A stretch of DNA of 34,086 nt from Desulfobacterales bacterium (GTDB taxonomy: Bacteria; Desulfobacterota; Desulfobacteria; Desulfobacterales; UBA5616). Position numbers and translations under genes: made by a program. Below the pieces are notes generated by a model. It was not told the DNA's origin, searched no databases, and was given only the letters and a program-made list of their open reading frames with translations. Below are positions 1-8,202 of this stretch, in pieces. Within the stretch, counting starts at the first letter, position 1. Every line of letters begins with the position of its first letter. Where the stretch lies: contig JAWODC010000069.1 in the NCBI GenBank assembly GCA_046483495.1, positions 1 through 34,086 on the forward strand, in the 5' to 3' direction.

Positions 1-630
1 CGATTTAATGGCATCCAATAAGCTTTCGAACTGGGATTTCGTTAGGTCCTCTATTATTTGGTTTTGAACTTTTGGTTTCTGGATTTTAAATTCAAGCGGA
101 TTGCATACATTTATTTTGTATCCATAATTAACGATCCAGGTTAGGAGGTTTAAAATGTGCAGAACAGTTTGGGGTGACAGGTTTTTGCTGACGTTGGATT
201 TCAACCGTTCAATATCCAGATATAAGATTTCATTTGGCAGCTTTTCCCCAAATAACGGCTTTAGATATTTGTTATACCTGTGCTTATCGATGTCTTTTGA
301 TTTCCCATTTTGCCGTTGAGCCATATAGGACATAAAAATTTTATCAACGGTCCAACGGTTTTTCATTTCTGATGATTCTTGTTTTTCCTTTAACCTTCGT
401 TCGCTGTTGGAAGGCTCTTTTCCTTCGATTCGTTTAGCCCTGATAAGTGAGGCCCTGTAAGCTGTCATATCGTCCTGATACTGGCGACCTGCCTTTTCGT
501 GAATTAATTTTCCCTTACGACGATAAACAATGTAAAAAATAAGCTCCGACTCGTTTTTCCCTACGGCTTTGCCTTCCATTTGGTAAACACCGGGATATTT
601 TGTTCTAATTAGCGGTTTTTTCGCTGGCAT
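1..630 (-). CDS. Tyrosine-type site-specific integrase, N-terminal part (runs off the left edge)
   Basis: Manual translation from ATG at 630 (RBS AAGGGGAG upstream) is open to position 1: MPAKKPLIRTKYPGVYQMEG...FYIVYRRKGKLIHEKAGRQYQDDMTAYRA...RYNKYLKPLFGEK...LSPQTVLHILNLL...IIEDLTKSQFESLLDAIKS. This fits the arm-binding plus core-binding layout of phage-type integrases. It is AT-rich and adjacent to a tRNA 3' fragment. The catalytic residues lie outside the window. Confidence 0.85.
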   Translation of the reverse strand, partial: MPAKKPLIRTKYPGVYQMEGKAVGKNESELIFYIVYRRKGKLIHEKAGRQYQDDMTAYRASLIRAKRIEGKEPSNSERRLKEKQESSEMKNRWTVDKIFMSYMAQRQNGKSKDIDKHRYNKYLKPLFGEKLPNEILYLDIERLKSNVSKNLSPQTVLHILNLLTWIVNYGYKINVCNPLEFKIQKPKVQNQIIEDLTKSQFESLLDAIKS

Positions 631-654
631 GTCGCTCCCCTTCTGTTCAAATTT

Positions 655-673
655 CCTAACACTATACCTAACA
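655..673. promoter_or_regulatory. Putative integrase arm-type binding sites (CCTAACA x2, 12-bp period)
   Basis: Direct repeat CCTAACA at 655-661 and 667-673, between the integrase start and the att core. Confidence 0.4.
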
Positions 674-742
674 TTCAGGGCACGAATCAACAGAAAACAA
701 TGTCACATCGGAGAAAAGGTATGGTTTAAAATCAGGAGCTTT

Positions 743-755
743 TATCAATAGTTAG
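743..755 (+). promoter_or_regulatory. IHF-like site near att
   Basis: TATCAATAGTTAG matches WATCAANNNNTTR with one mismatch, about 30 bp from the att core. Confidence 0.3.
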
Positions 756-786
756 AAAATAGTGGAAATAGATGTCAAATGGTGTT

Positions 787-836
787 ACCGGCCTTTCACG
801 CCGGCGACAGGGGTTCAAATCCCCTTGGGGACGCCA
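787..836 (+). mobile_element. att site: duplicated 3' part of tRNA-Glu(TTC), boundary of an island lying to the left
   Basis: ACCGGCCTTTCACGCCGGCGACAGGGGTTCAAATCCCCTTGGGGACGCCA comprises the anticodon arm (CCGGC/GCCGG, TTC), T-arm (AGGGG-TTCAAAT-CCCCT), acceptor 3' strand and CCA. No 5' acceptor strand or D-arm lies upstream. Confidence 0.85.
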
Positions 837-847
837 TTCCAAATCCT

Positions 848-879
848 AAAAGGTCATTCTTTTTAATAGAATGGCTTTT
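848..879. terminator. Putative intrinsic terminator hairpin (possibly bidirectional)
   Basis: AAAAGGTCATTCT-TTTTAAT-AGAATGGCTTTT stem-loop, between the tRNA fragment and the convergent synthetase stop. Confidence 0.5.
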
Positions 880-906
880 CACCGTCTTTACCCGAAGCGA
901 ATGTCC

Positions 907-2451
907 TCATTTCTGGATGGACACCAACTTGTATTTAGCGATTTTTCCGGCGCCCGTAAGGGGGAACTCATCGATAAAATACACGTATTTGGGAACTTTG
1001 TAATGGGCAATCACATCTCTGGTCCGGGCAATCAATTCCTCCGGACTTAAGCGCGCTCCCGAATTTAGAATGCATGCCGCTGCAACCGCTTCTCCCCATT
1101 TCTCGTCAGGTTTGCCATAGACGGCAACTTCCTTGACTTCCGGGTTGGCCTTTAAGATACACTGTTCGACTTCAGACGCAAATACGTTTTCACCTCCTGA
1201 TTTAATCATATCTTTGATGCGTCCTTTGAACCAAAAATTTCCGTCATTGTCCTCGGATACCAGGTCACCCGTGTAAAGCCACCCGTTTTTTTTCATTTTT
1301 TCAGTCGCTTGTTTATCTTTCATATACCCTTTAAAAACCTGAGGCCCCCGCACGATAAGTTCACCCATCTCCCCTTTGGGAACCTCCCGTCCCCGGTCAT
1401 CCACCACGCGCACTTCACTGGTGAATGTGGGTTTTCCGAGGCTGTTGCCTTGTTTGTACAACACTTCAGCGGTATTTTCGTGCAAGGTTACTCCCGGGGC
1501 TGCTTCTGTTAAGCCGTAACCGAAAGAAATTGATTTTGCCCCTGTTCTGTAGAGCACTTCAATATACAAATCACTCGTATATGCGGCGGCCGAAGAACCG
1601 ATTCCCTTTAAGCTTGAAAGGTCGTAGCGTCCGCTTCTAATCGCCTCGAGAAATGACGGCATCATGGGCATCATGACAAATGTGAGCGTAGCCCTTTCCC
1701 GCTGAATCGCCTCACAGACCTGTTCGGCATTCCACAGGGGTATAATGATGATGGTCATTGCCTTCAGGAATGCGGTATCGGTGAGAATATGCAGCCCGCT
1801 GCAATGAAAAAACGGGGATGCCGTTACCAGAACGTCGTTGAATTCCACTTCCGAGTGGTAGAGGGAATTCAATGCATCCCAGACGAAATTATTGTGAGTG
1901 AGAAGCGCGCCCTTGGGGGTGCCGGTCGTTCCCGATGTATATTGCAGGAGCACCGGATCGTCCGGATCGACCTCGAAAGCAGGTTCCTTTTCAGGCTGAT
2001 TTCTGATGAAGTCTTCATAAGTTGCCTGCTTATGGGCGGGCTCACCGCCGACAAAAACGGCCCTTCTGTTGTCGCCATTCGGACCATCGGTAATTCTACC
2101 ATAGAGATCTTCGAAAAACGTATCTATTATTTCGAGTTTGCTTTCAGAGTGTATGATGGCCCTTTTAATTTCTTCATGCGACAATCGGAAATTCAGTGCA
2201 TTCATGACGGCACCGATTTTCCCGCACGCAAAATAGAGCTCCAGATATTCATTTCGATTCAAGCTTAGAATGGATACGACATCGCCTTTTTCAATCCCTG
2301 CATCCAGCAAGGCATGCGCAAGTTGATTGACCCTGGCGTTGAATTCAGCCCACGTGTAACGTTTGTCCTGGAAAATAATGGCGGTTTTCCGGGGCTTTCG
2401 CAATACGTTGTATCGTACCACATGACCGAGGGTTAAACCGTTTGCTCCCAT
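907..2451 (-). CDS. Acyl-CoA synthetase / long-chain fatty acid-CoA ligase (AMP-binding family)
   Basis: Motifs YTSGTTGTPKG, GYGLTEA, GWLYTGDL, GRIKDMIKSGGENV and C-terminal PLTGAGKI; 514 aa. Confidence 0.93.
   Translation of the reverse strand: MGANGLTLGHVVRYNVLRKPRKTAIIFQDKRYTWAEFNARVNQLAHALLDAGIEKGDVVSILSLNRNEYLELYFACGKIGAVMNALNFRLSHEEIKRAIIHSESKLEIIDTFFEDLYGRITDGPNGDNRRAVFVGGEPAHKQATYEDFIRNQPEKEPAFEVDPDDPVLLQYTSGTTGTPKGALLTHNNFVWDALNSLYHSEVEFNDVLVTASPFFHCSGLHILTDTAFLKAMTIIIIPLWNAEQVCEAIQRERATLTFVMMPMMPSFLEAIRSGRYDLSSLKGIGSSAAAYTSDLYIEVLYRTGAKSISFGYGLTEAAPGVTLHENTAEVLYKQGNSLGKPTFTSEVRVVDDRGREVPKGEMGELIVRGPQVFKGYMKDKQATEKMKKNGWLYTGDLVSEDNDGNFWFKGRIKDMIKSGGENVFASEVEQCILKANPEVKEVAVYGKPDEKWGEAVAAACILNSGARLSPEELIARTRDVIAHYKVPKYVYFIDEFPLTGAGKIAKYKLVSIQK
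908..924. repeat. Terminal remnant of the palindromic MITE-like element
   Basis: CATTTCTGGATGGACAC resembles 2832-2848 and both ends of the element at 14405-14550. Confidence 0.55.
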
Positions 2452-2748
2452 AATGCCCCCTTTGTTTTACCTATCCAAAGAAAATTAAGATTTGTTTTAT
2501 GAGAAGAGCCCGGACCCATTCGACGGCTTCTCGTGCAGTCCGGGTCGCTTAGGCCATCAGATATTTATCTCCAGGGAGAAAGTCTACCTCTCGGGCAATA
2601 CACCTGATTCGGGCCATGCCCCACAGATAAATTGATGTAATAGGTATTTGATGACAAGTCAATTTAAAAATCATAAAACTAATTATAACAGTTGGTTATA
2701 AGTTTATGGATTATATAAGGTAGATGTGAAGGAAAGGTTTAGATGCGT

Positions 2749-2791
2749 CCTTTATAGCCAAACCGGGGTTCGAATCCCTTTGGGGACGCTA
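2749..2791 (+). mobile_element. Second, degenerate tRNA-Glu 3' fragment (older att scar)
   Basis: 2765-2791 GGGGTTCGAATCCCTTTGGGGACGCTA matches 810-836 at 24/27. CCTTTATAGCC (2749-2759) matches the anticodon region CCTTTCACGCC at 8/11. Confidence 0.7.
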
Positions 2792-2797
2792 TTAAAA

Positions 2798-2850
2798 TTT
2801 TTCGTCCAACGCCGAAATGGAGCGAATCAGCCATTTCTGGATGGGCACGA
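2798..2850. repeat. Right half of the palindromic MITE-like element
   Basis: TTTTTCGTCCAACGCCGAAAT...GCCATTTCTGGATGGGCACGA aligns with TTTTGCGTCCAACGCAGAAAT...GCCATTTAGGGATGGACACTA at the right end of 14405-14550. Confidence 0.65.
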
Positions 2851-2989
2851 GCTAACGATGACGGATGCCCATAATACGCGTTTCACCCCATTTGAATCGC
2901 GAATCTCGATCGATACAGTAAATCATATAAACAGCTTTTAGGGCCGTGAGCAACTTTTTTGGAATATTAAACCATACAGGAAGGAAGTC

Positions 2990-3991
2990 ATGACAAAAGT
3001 CGCCATAAACGGACTGGGAAGAATCGGAAGGGCAACATTGAAAATCGTCCTGGACACCCCTGAACTTGACCTTGCCGCCATTAATGACCTTCTGCCGGCT
3101 GATAATCTTGCCTATCTTTTAACATACGACACCGTGTACAGACGTTACGAAAAAGAAGTGAAGGCCGGAGATGATTCCATATCCATAGACGGAAAACAAT
3201 ACCCTCTCTTCAATGAAAAAGATCCGGCTGAACTTCCCTGGAAAAAACTCGGGGTCGATATCGTTTTCGAATGTACCGGCGTTTTTCGAAAAAAAGAAGG
3301 AATGGAAAAGCATCTGCAGGCCGGCGCCGATCGTGTGATTCTATCGGCGCCTGAAAAAACGGGTGAGGTACAAACCGTCGTTCACGGGGTGAATCAGGCG
3401 GAAGGGGCTCCCCGGTTGATTTCGTGCGCCAGCTGCACCACCAACTGCATTACGCCTGTTGTTGAAATTCTGGGAAGAAGGGTCGGCGTGAAAAAAGCGA
3501 CCATGACCACTGTACATGCCTATACTTCGAGCCAGACGATCGTGGACGGGCCCAGAAAAAAATGGCGAAGGGGCAGGGCAGGGGCGGCTAATTTCGTGCC
3601 CACTTCAACCGGGGCGGCAAAAGCAACGGCAAAAGCGCTGCCGCAATTGAAAGGCAAATTCGATGGTGTTGCCATCCGGGGTCCGGTTCCGGTCGGTTCG
3701 ATAGCCGATCTTGTCTTTTTGACCGAACGCCATGTCACCGTGGAAGAGGTGAATGCCATTTTCCGGGAAGAAGCCGAAAGTGAACGGTACAAGGGAATAC
3801 TCGGGGTGACCGATGATCCGATTGTTTCTTCGGATATCATCAAAGACCCCCGCGCATCCATCGTGGATTTGACAATGACCCAGGTGGTCGACGGTGATCT
3901 GCTGAAAGTGATGAGCTGGTACGATAATGAGTGGGGATACGCCGCACAAATGGTGCGGGAAGCCGTACGAATGGCCGAAGAACAGCGATGA
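2990..3991 (+). CDS. gap: Type I glyceraldehyde-3-phosphate dehydrogenase
   Basis: INGLGRIGR, catalytic ASCTTNC, TTVHAYT, PTSTGAAKA, WYDNEWGY; RBS AGGAAGGA. Confidence 0.97.
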   Translation: MTKVAINGLGRIGRATLKIVLDTPELDLAAINDLLPADNLAYLLTYDTVYRRYEKEVKAGDDSISIDGKQYPLFNEKDPAELPWKKLGVDIVFECTGVFRKKEGMEKHLQAGADRVILSAPEKTGEVQTVVHGVNQAEGAPRLISCASCTTNCITPVVEILGRRVGVKKATMTTVHAYTSSQTIVDGPRKKWRRGRAGAANFVPTSTGAAKATAKALPQLKGKFDGVAIRGPVPVGSIADLVFLTERHVTVEEVNAIFREEAESERYKGILGVTDDPIVSSDIIKDPRASIVDLTMTQVVDGDLLKVMSWYDNEWGYAAQMVREAVRMAEEQR

Positions 3992-4240
3992 ACCGCCGGC
4001 AGCGGAAGAGGAGGATGTGTCCGAATATAATGACGACTACTATGATGCCTATGATTGGGAGTATAATTACTATACCGAGGACTGGTACCTCGAGGAAAAT
4101 GCATTGTAGCAAGCAATCGTTCCATTAGAACGAAAGAAGCATCAAGGATGCCTGCATGGAGAACATGACGAAGCGGTTTCGACTCGATTTTACTTCATGC
4201 TTCGCCGGACGCTCCGGAACAATTGCCCCGGCTTGCCCTG

Positions 4241-4804
4241 TTATTGGAAGTTTATGCGAATACCTGCTGTAAAATTGTGGCTTTCATAATCAAATTCAAC
4301 GCCGCCCAACTCCGGCTCTTCCGATGCAAACCAGCGGTAGGCGAAATCGAGATCGATCGTCGGGCTTACGGCCATGGCCAAACCCACCGTTCCCTGGTAT
4401 GCGAAAACCGTATCATCGTCAAAATCCGTGTCGTGGTAAGCCAGCCCGATGCCGGCCCCTATGTACGGCGTTATGCCCGAGAACAGCAAAAAATCATAAT
4501 AGCCGTTCGCCATCACGCTTCGGGTTCCAAGATCTTCATCATCGAACCCGGTTACCTGGATGTCGCTTTGTCTGGATTCGACCTCACCTTCCAGCCGAAT
4601 GTTCTGCATGTGAAAGCCTAAGGCGACGCCCACAATCCAGCCGTCTTCAAAATCCGAATCAAATGTAAAACCGTTTACCTCGAGATCGCTGTCTTCAATG
4701 TTTGTGTAACCGGCTTTCAGCCCGACATAGTCAAAAGCCGCGGCATGCGTTATCGACAAAAAGATCAATGCCGCCATGGAAACCACCAATGTTTTCAATT
4801 TCAT
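4241..4804 (-). CDS. Outer-membrane beta-barrel protein (OmpA-like/opacity-type porin family)
   Basis: Start placed at ATG 4804 (RBS AAGGGAG). Signal peptide MKLKTLVVSMAALIFLSITHAAA, MANGYYDF, PYIGAGIG, FAYQGTVG and terminal strand AGIRINFQ. Confidence 0.85.
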   Translation of the reverse strand: MKLKTLVVSMAALIFLSITHAAAFDYVGLKAGYTNIEDSDLEVNGFTFDSDFEDGWIVGVALGFHMQNIRLEGEVESRQSDIQVTGFDDEDLGTRSVMANGYYDFLLFSGITPYIGAGIGLAYHDTDFDDDTVFAYQGTVGLAMAVSPTIDLDFAYRWFASEEPELGGVEFDYESHNFTAGIRINFQ

Positions 4805-5347
4805 ACGTTTTCTCCCTTTAAAATTTTTTATTGTATCACCGGCAAACGGATGGACCATTCGCGAAAACCAATAGTTTTCACTTATTCAATTCAAGACGAT
4901 TTAGGTATAGGGTAATCGTCGTATCCATCCCGTGTTAGGTACGTAAAGATCCGCGAACCGGCAAATGCTTTTTTTCTGATCCGGCACCCTCATGTCATTA
5001 AGCCGGGTAGAAACCGATAGGTACCGGGCAGAACTACCCCGACCCTGCCGCATCCGAAAACCGGATGTCAAGAGGGCGGATTTTTCCGTCTATTTAAAGG
5101 CGTTTTCCAATTTTCGCGTTTTGCATGGCGGAATCCAAATAGGTATGGGTTTCAGCAGCAACCCGATTTGATTATTCTTTCCGTAAAAAAGTGCTCGCCC
5201 GGTATTGGAAATTTTGGTATCAATGAAGCGAAATCATTTGCCTACCATTTTGTGATGTGCTGAAAGGCTCTGAGCAGTTCGTATGAAACGGCATTCACAT
5301 GCGTTAAAAATCGTCCGGAAATCGTAATCTCGAGGAAAACATGCCCC

Positions 5348-6394
5348 ATGAAAAATAGGGTGAAGCTTTTTTTGCTGTTAGTAATCGTTGCGGTCGGCGC
5401 ACTCGGAATCTGGTGGTGGAACAATGCGCAGACAGGCCCATCCGATCCGGTTCTTACCCTCTATGGAAATATCGAGATTCGGGATGTCCATTTAAGTTTT
5501 ACCGAACCGGAAAGGATCAGCCGAATCTGGGTTGAAGAAGGCGACTATGTTGAGGAAGGCCAGTCCATTGCCCGGCTCGAGGCGGACCAGCTCAAAGCGG
5601 AAACGGCTGAAGCCGATGCACGGTTCAACGCTCAGAAACAGGTGGTTATGCGGCTGATAAACGGAACCCGGCCCGAGATTATTGCACAGCTGCAGGCGGA
5701 AGTCGAAGCCGCCCGTGCAATGTACACGAATGCAAAACAAAACTTCGAGCGTATACAGGCAACATCGCTCGGCGGAGCGACCCCCCGCCAAAAATTGGAT
5801 GATGCCCGTGCAGCCTTTGAAATTCAAGAGGCGCAGCTCCATGTAAAGGAAAAGGCGCTCGATCTTGCCCGAAAAGGACCGCGCCATGAGGAGATCGAAG
5901 AAGCAAAGGCGAGGCTGCAGGCAATGAAAGCGCACCTGGAGCTGCTCCGGATTCGGCTCGAAAAGAGGACGCTTAAAGCGCCGTCCCCCGGCATCATCCA
6001 GAGCCGTATTTTGGAAGCCGGTGAAATGGCCGGCCCGGGACGTCCGGTCGTAACGCTCGCTTTGATCGATCCCAAATGGGTGCGGGCTTACATACCGGAA
6101 CCCAACCTCGGTCATATCCGGACGGGAATGGCGGCGGCGGTTTACAGCGATACTTTTCCGGAAGAAGCCTTTCCGGGCCGGATCGGTTTTATCTCTCCGG
6201 TGGCCGAATTTACGCCGAAAAACGTGGAGACCGAGGAGCTCAGAACCAAACTGGTTTATGAAGTCCGAATCATCATCCAGGACCCGCAAAACCGTTTTCC
6301 GCTGGGGATGCCGGTGACGGTGAAAATTCCCATTCCCCGCTCCCGGGATTCTTCATCCGAAGCAATCATTCACCAGAAGAAAGCTCTGCACTGA
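5348..6394 (+). CDS. ybhG: HlyD-family periplasmic adaptor (YbhG-like)
   Basis: N-terminal TM, LYGNIEIR, coiled coil, GRIGFISPVAEFTPKNVETEELRTKLVY; first gene of the ABC operon. Confidence 0.9.
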   Translation: MKNRVKLFLLLVIVAVGALGIWWWNNAQTGPSDPVLTLYGNIEIRDVHLSFTEPERISRIWVEEGDYVEEGQSIARLEADQLKAETAEADARFNAQKQVVMRLINGTRPEIIAQLQAEVEAARAMYTNAKQNFERIQATSLGGATPRQKLDDARAAFEIQEAQLHVKEKALDLARKGPRHEEIEEAKARLQAMKAHLELLRIRLEKRTLKAPSPGIIQSRILEAGEMAGPGRPVVTLALIDPKWVRAYIPEPNLGHIRTGMAAAVYSDTFPEEAFPGRIGFISPVAEFTPKNVETEELRTKLVYEVRIIIQDPQNRFPLGMPVTVKIPIPRSRDSSSEAIIHQKKALH

Positions 6395-8202
6395 TGGGGC
6401 GGAATACGACACCGGCCGATGCCGATATCGGGGTGGTATTGGCTGCCAGGGACTTGGAAAAGGTGTTTTTCGCCGGGAAGGGCGCTGAAGTTCGGGCGCT
6501 TAAAGGTGTAAGCCTGAAGGCACGTAAAGGTGAGGTAACGGGCTTGGTCGGGGCAGACGGCGCCGGCAAGACCACCTTGATCCGTATCGCCGCCGGTCTA
6601 ATGCTTCCCAGCCGCGGATCCGTATCCGTTTTGGGGTTCGACAGCGTACAAAACCCCTTTAAAATCCAGAGCCGGATCGGCTATATGCCTCAAAAATTCG
6701 GACTGTACCAGGACCTCACGGTTCAAGAGAATCTCGACCTCTACGCCGATTTGCAGGGGGTTCCGATTTCAAAGCGAATGGATCGATTCGAACGGTTGAT
6801 GAAGATGACCGGTCTGGCCCCCTTTACCCGGAGGCGTGCGGGTGATCTGTCCGGTGGAATGAAACAGAAATTGGGTCTTGCATGTTCCTTGATTAAAAGG
6901 CCGGGGATGCTTCTTCTGGATGAGCCGACAGTCGGCGTGGATCCGGTTTCCCGCAGAGAATTGTGGAAGATTGTATACGAAATGGTCGAAGACGAAGGCA
7001 TTGGTGTTTTGCTGTCGACGGCATATCTGGATGAAGCCGAACGCTGTCATCATGTCATTGTACTCGACCGGGGTCGAAAGCTTGCCGAAGGTCCGCCTGA
7101 AAATTTTCGGGGTCGGCTGAAAAACAGGGTGTTTTTAATCACACCCCCTCCGAATGTAAAACCGAGACAGATTCAAAGGCAGCTCGCGGGCAAATCGGGC
7201 ATCGGGGATGTTTCCGTTCGATCCGGGCATGTTCGTGCCGTTGCGTCTGCTCCCGATAAAATGCTTATCGCCGAACATCTGCCGGAGGACTTTTTAAAAC
7301 GCATTCAGTTGACGAATCCGATATTCGAAGACGCCTTTATGACACTGATCCCAAAAAAAGAGGCTCGACCCGTAATTTCGGCCGATCCTGAAGTTGGGAA
7401 AAAATCCGGTAATGGCTGCGATACCGTTGTGCATACACGGGATCTGCAAAAGTTTTTCGGTGAATTCGAGGCTGTAAAACGCATCTCTTTTGATGTGCGC
7501 CGGGGTGAAATTTTCGGACTGCTCGGCCCAAACGGCGCCGGCAAGAGCACTACGTTTCGCATGCTTTGCGGCTTGCTGCCTGCCAGTGCCGGCGAAGTTT
7601 CCGTAGCCGGCCGGGATCTGAGGCGCTCTGCCGCGCACGCCAGACAGCGCCTTGGCTATATGGCCCAGCAGTTTTCCCTTTATGCTCAGCTTAGCGTTTA
7701 TGAGAATTTTCGGTTCTACGGACGTGCCTACGGGCTTGGAGGAAAGCGGTTGAAACAGCGGGTGGATTGGGCCTATGAGGAATTCGGACTTTCCGATTGG
7801 TACGATCACGAGGCCGGAAAGCTGCCGGGCGGCATTAAACAGCGATTGGCAATGGCCACCGCCCTTTTGCACGAGCCTGACATTCTATTTTTGGATGAAC
7901 CCACCTCCGGCGTAGACCCCCTGGCCCGGCGCGAATTCTGGCTGCGGATCAACAGGTTTGCAGAGCAGGGAGTTACCGTGGTGGTAACGACTCATTTTAT
8001 GGAAGAATCCGAATACTGCGACCGCATGCTGATCATGTCGGCCGGCGAAATGCTTGCTTTGGGAACACCGGAAGAAATTCGTTCACTCGCCAGGACCGAT
8101 GAAAGGCCCGAACCAACGATCGAGGATGCATTTATCGCCCTGGCTGAAGGAGCGGCATCGGGATCAGACGTAAAACCGATATCGGAGAGGAGTCGTGAAT
8201 GA
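6394..8202 (+). CDS. ybhF: ABC exporter ATP-binding protein with two NBDs (YbhF-like)
   Basis: Walker A GADGAGKT and GPNGAGKS; signatures LSGGMKQK and LPGGIKQR; LLLDEPT and LFLDEPT. Confidence 0.93.
   Translation: MGRNTTPADADIGVVLAARDLEKVFFAGKGAEVRALKGVSLKARKGEVTGLVGADGAGKTTLIRIAAGLMLPSRGSVSVLGFDSVQNPFKIQSRIGYMPQKFGLYQDLTVQENLDLYADLQGVPISKRMDRFERLMKMTGLAPFTRRRAGDLSGGMKQKLGLACSLIKRPGMLLLDEPTVGVDPVSRRELWKIVYEMVEDEGIGVLLSTAYLDEAERCHHVIVLDRGRKLAEGPPENFRGRLKNRVFLITPPPNVKPRQIQRQLAGKSGIGDVSVRSGHVRAVASAPDKMLIAEHLPEDFLKRIQLTNPIFEDAFMTLIPKKEARPVISADPEVGKKSGNGCDTVVHTRDLQKFFGEFEAVKRISFDVRRGEIFGLLGPNGAGKSTTFRMLCGLLPASAGEVSVAGRDLRRSAAHARQRLGYMAQQFSLYAQLSVYENFRFYGRAYGLGGKRLKQRVDWAYEEFGLSDWYDHEAGKLPGGIKQRLAMATALLHEPDILFLDEPTSGVDPLARREFWLRINRFAEQGVTVVVTTHFMEESEYCDRMLIMSAGEMLALGTPEEIRSLARTDERPEPTIEDAFIALAEGAASGSDVKPISERSRE

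Noticed and set aside
760..836. Intact tRNA-Glu gene
   Set aside because: No 5' acceptor strand (expected GTCCCC...) or D-arm upstream of 787; only the 3' part is present.
779..1003. 74-aa ORF
   Set aside because: It is a translation of the tRNA fragment, terminator and antisense synthetase end.
2507..2548. Hairpin CCCGGAC...GTCCGGG upstream of the synthetase as a riboswitch
   Set aside because: Only a 7-bp stem and no recognisable riboswitch consensus.
2726..2941. 71-aa ORF
   Set aside because: It spans the att scar and MITE remnant and has no protein-like features.
4901..4941. TTAGGTATAG and GTGTTAGG matching the reverse complement of the putative arm sites at 655-673
   Set aside because: The matches are short (8-10 bp), far from either att core, and plausible by chance.
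5492..6289. Long antisense ORFs (e.g. 3520-4125, 5492-6289, 26377-27162)
   Set aside because: They are shadows of well-supported genes on the opposite strand with no motifs of their own.
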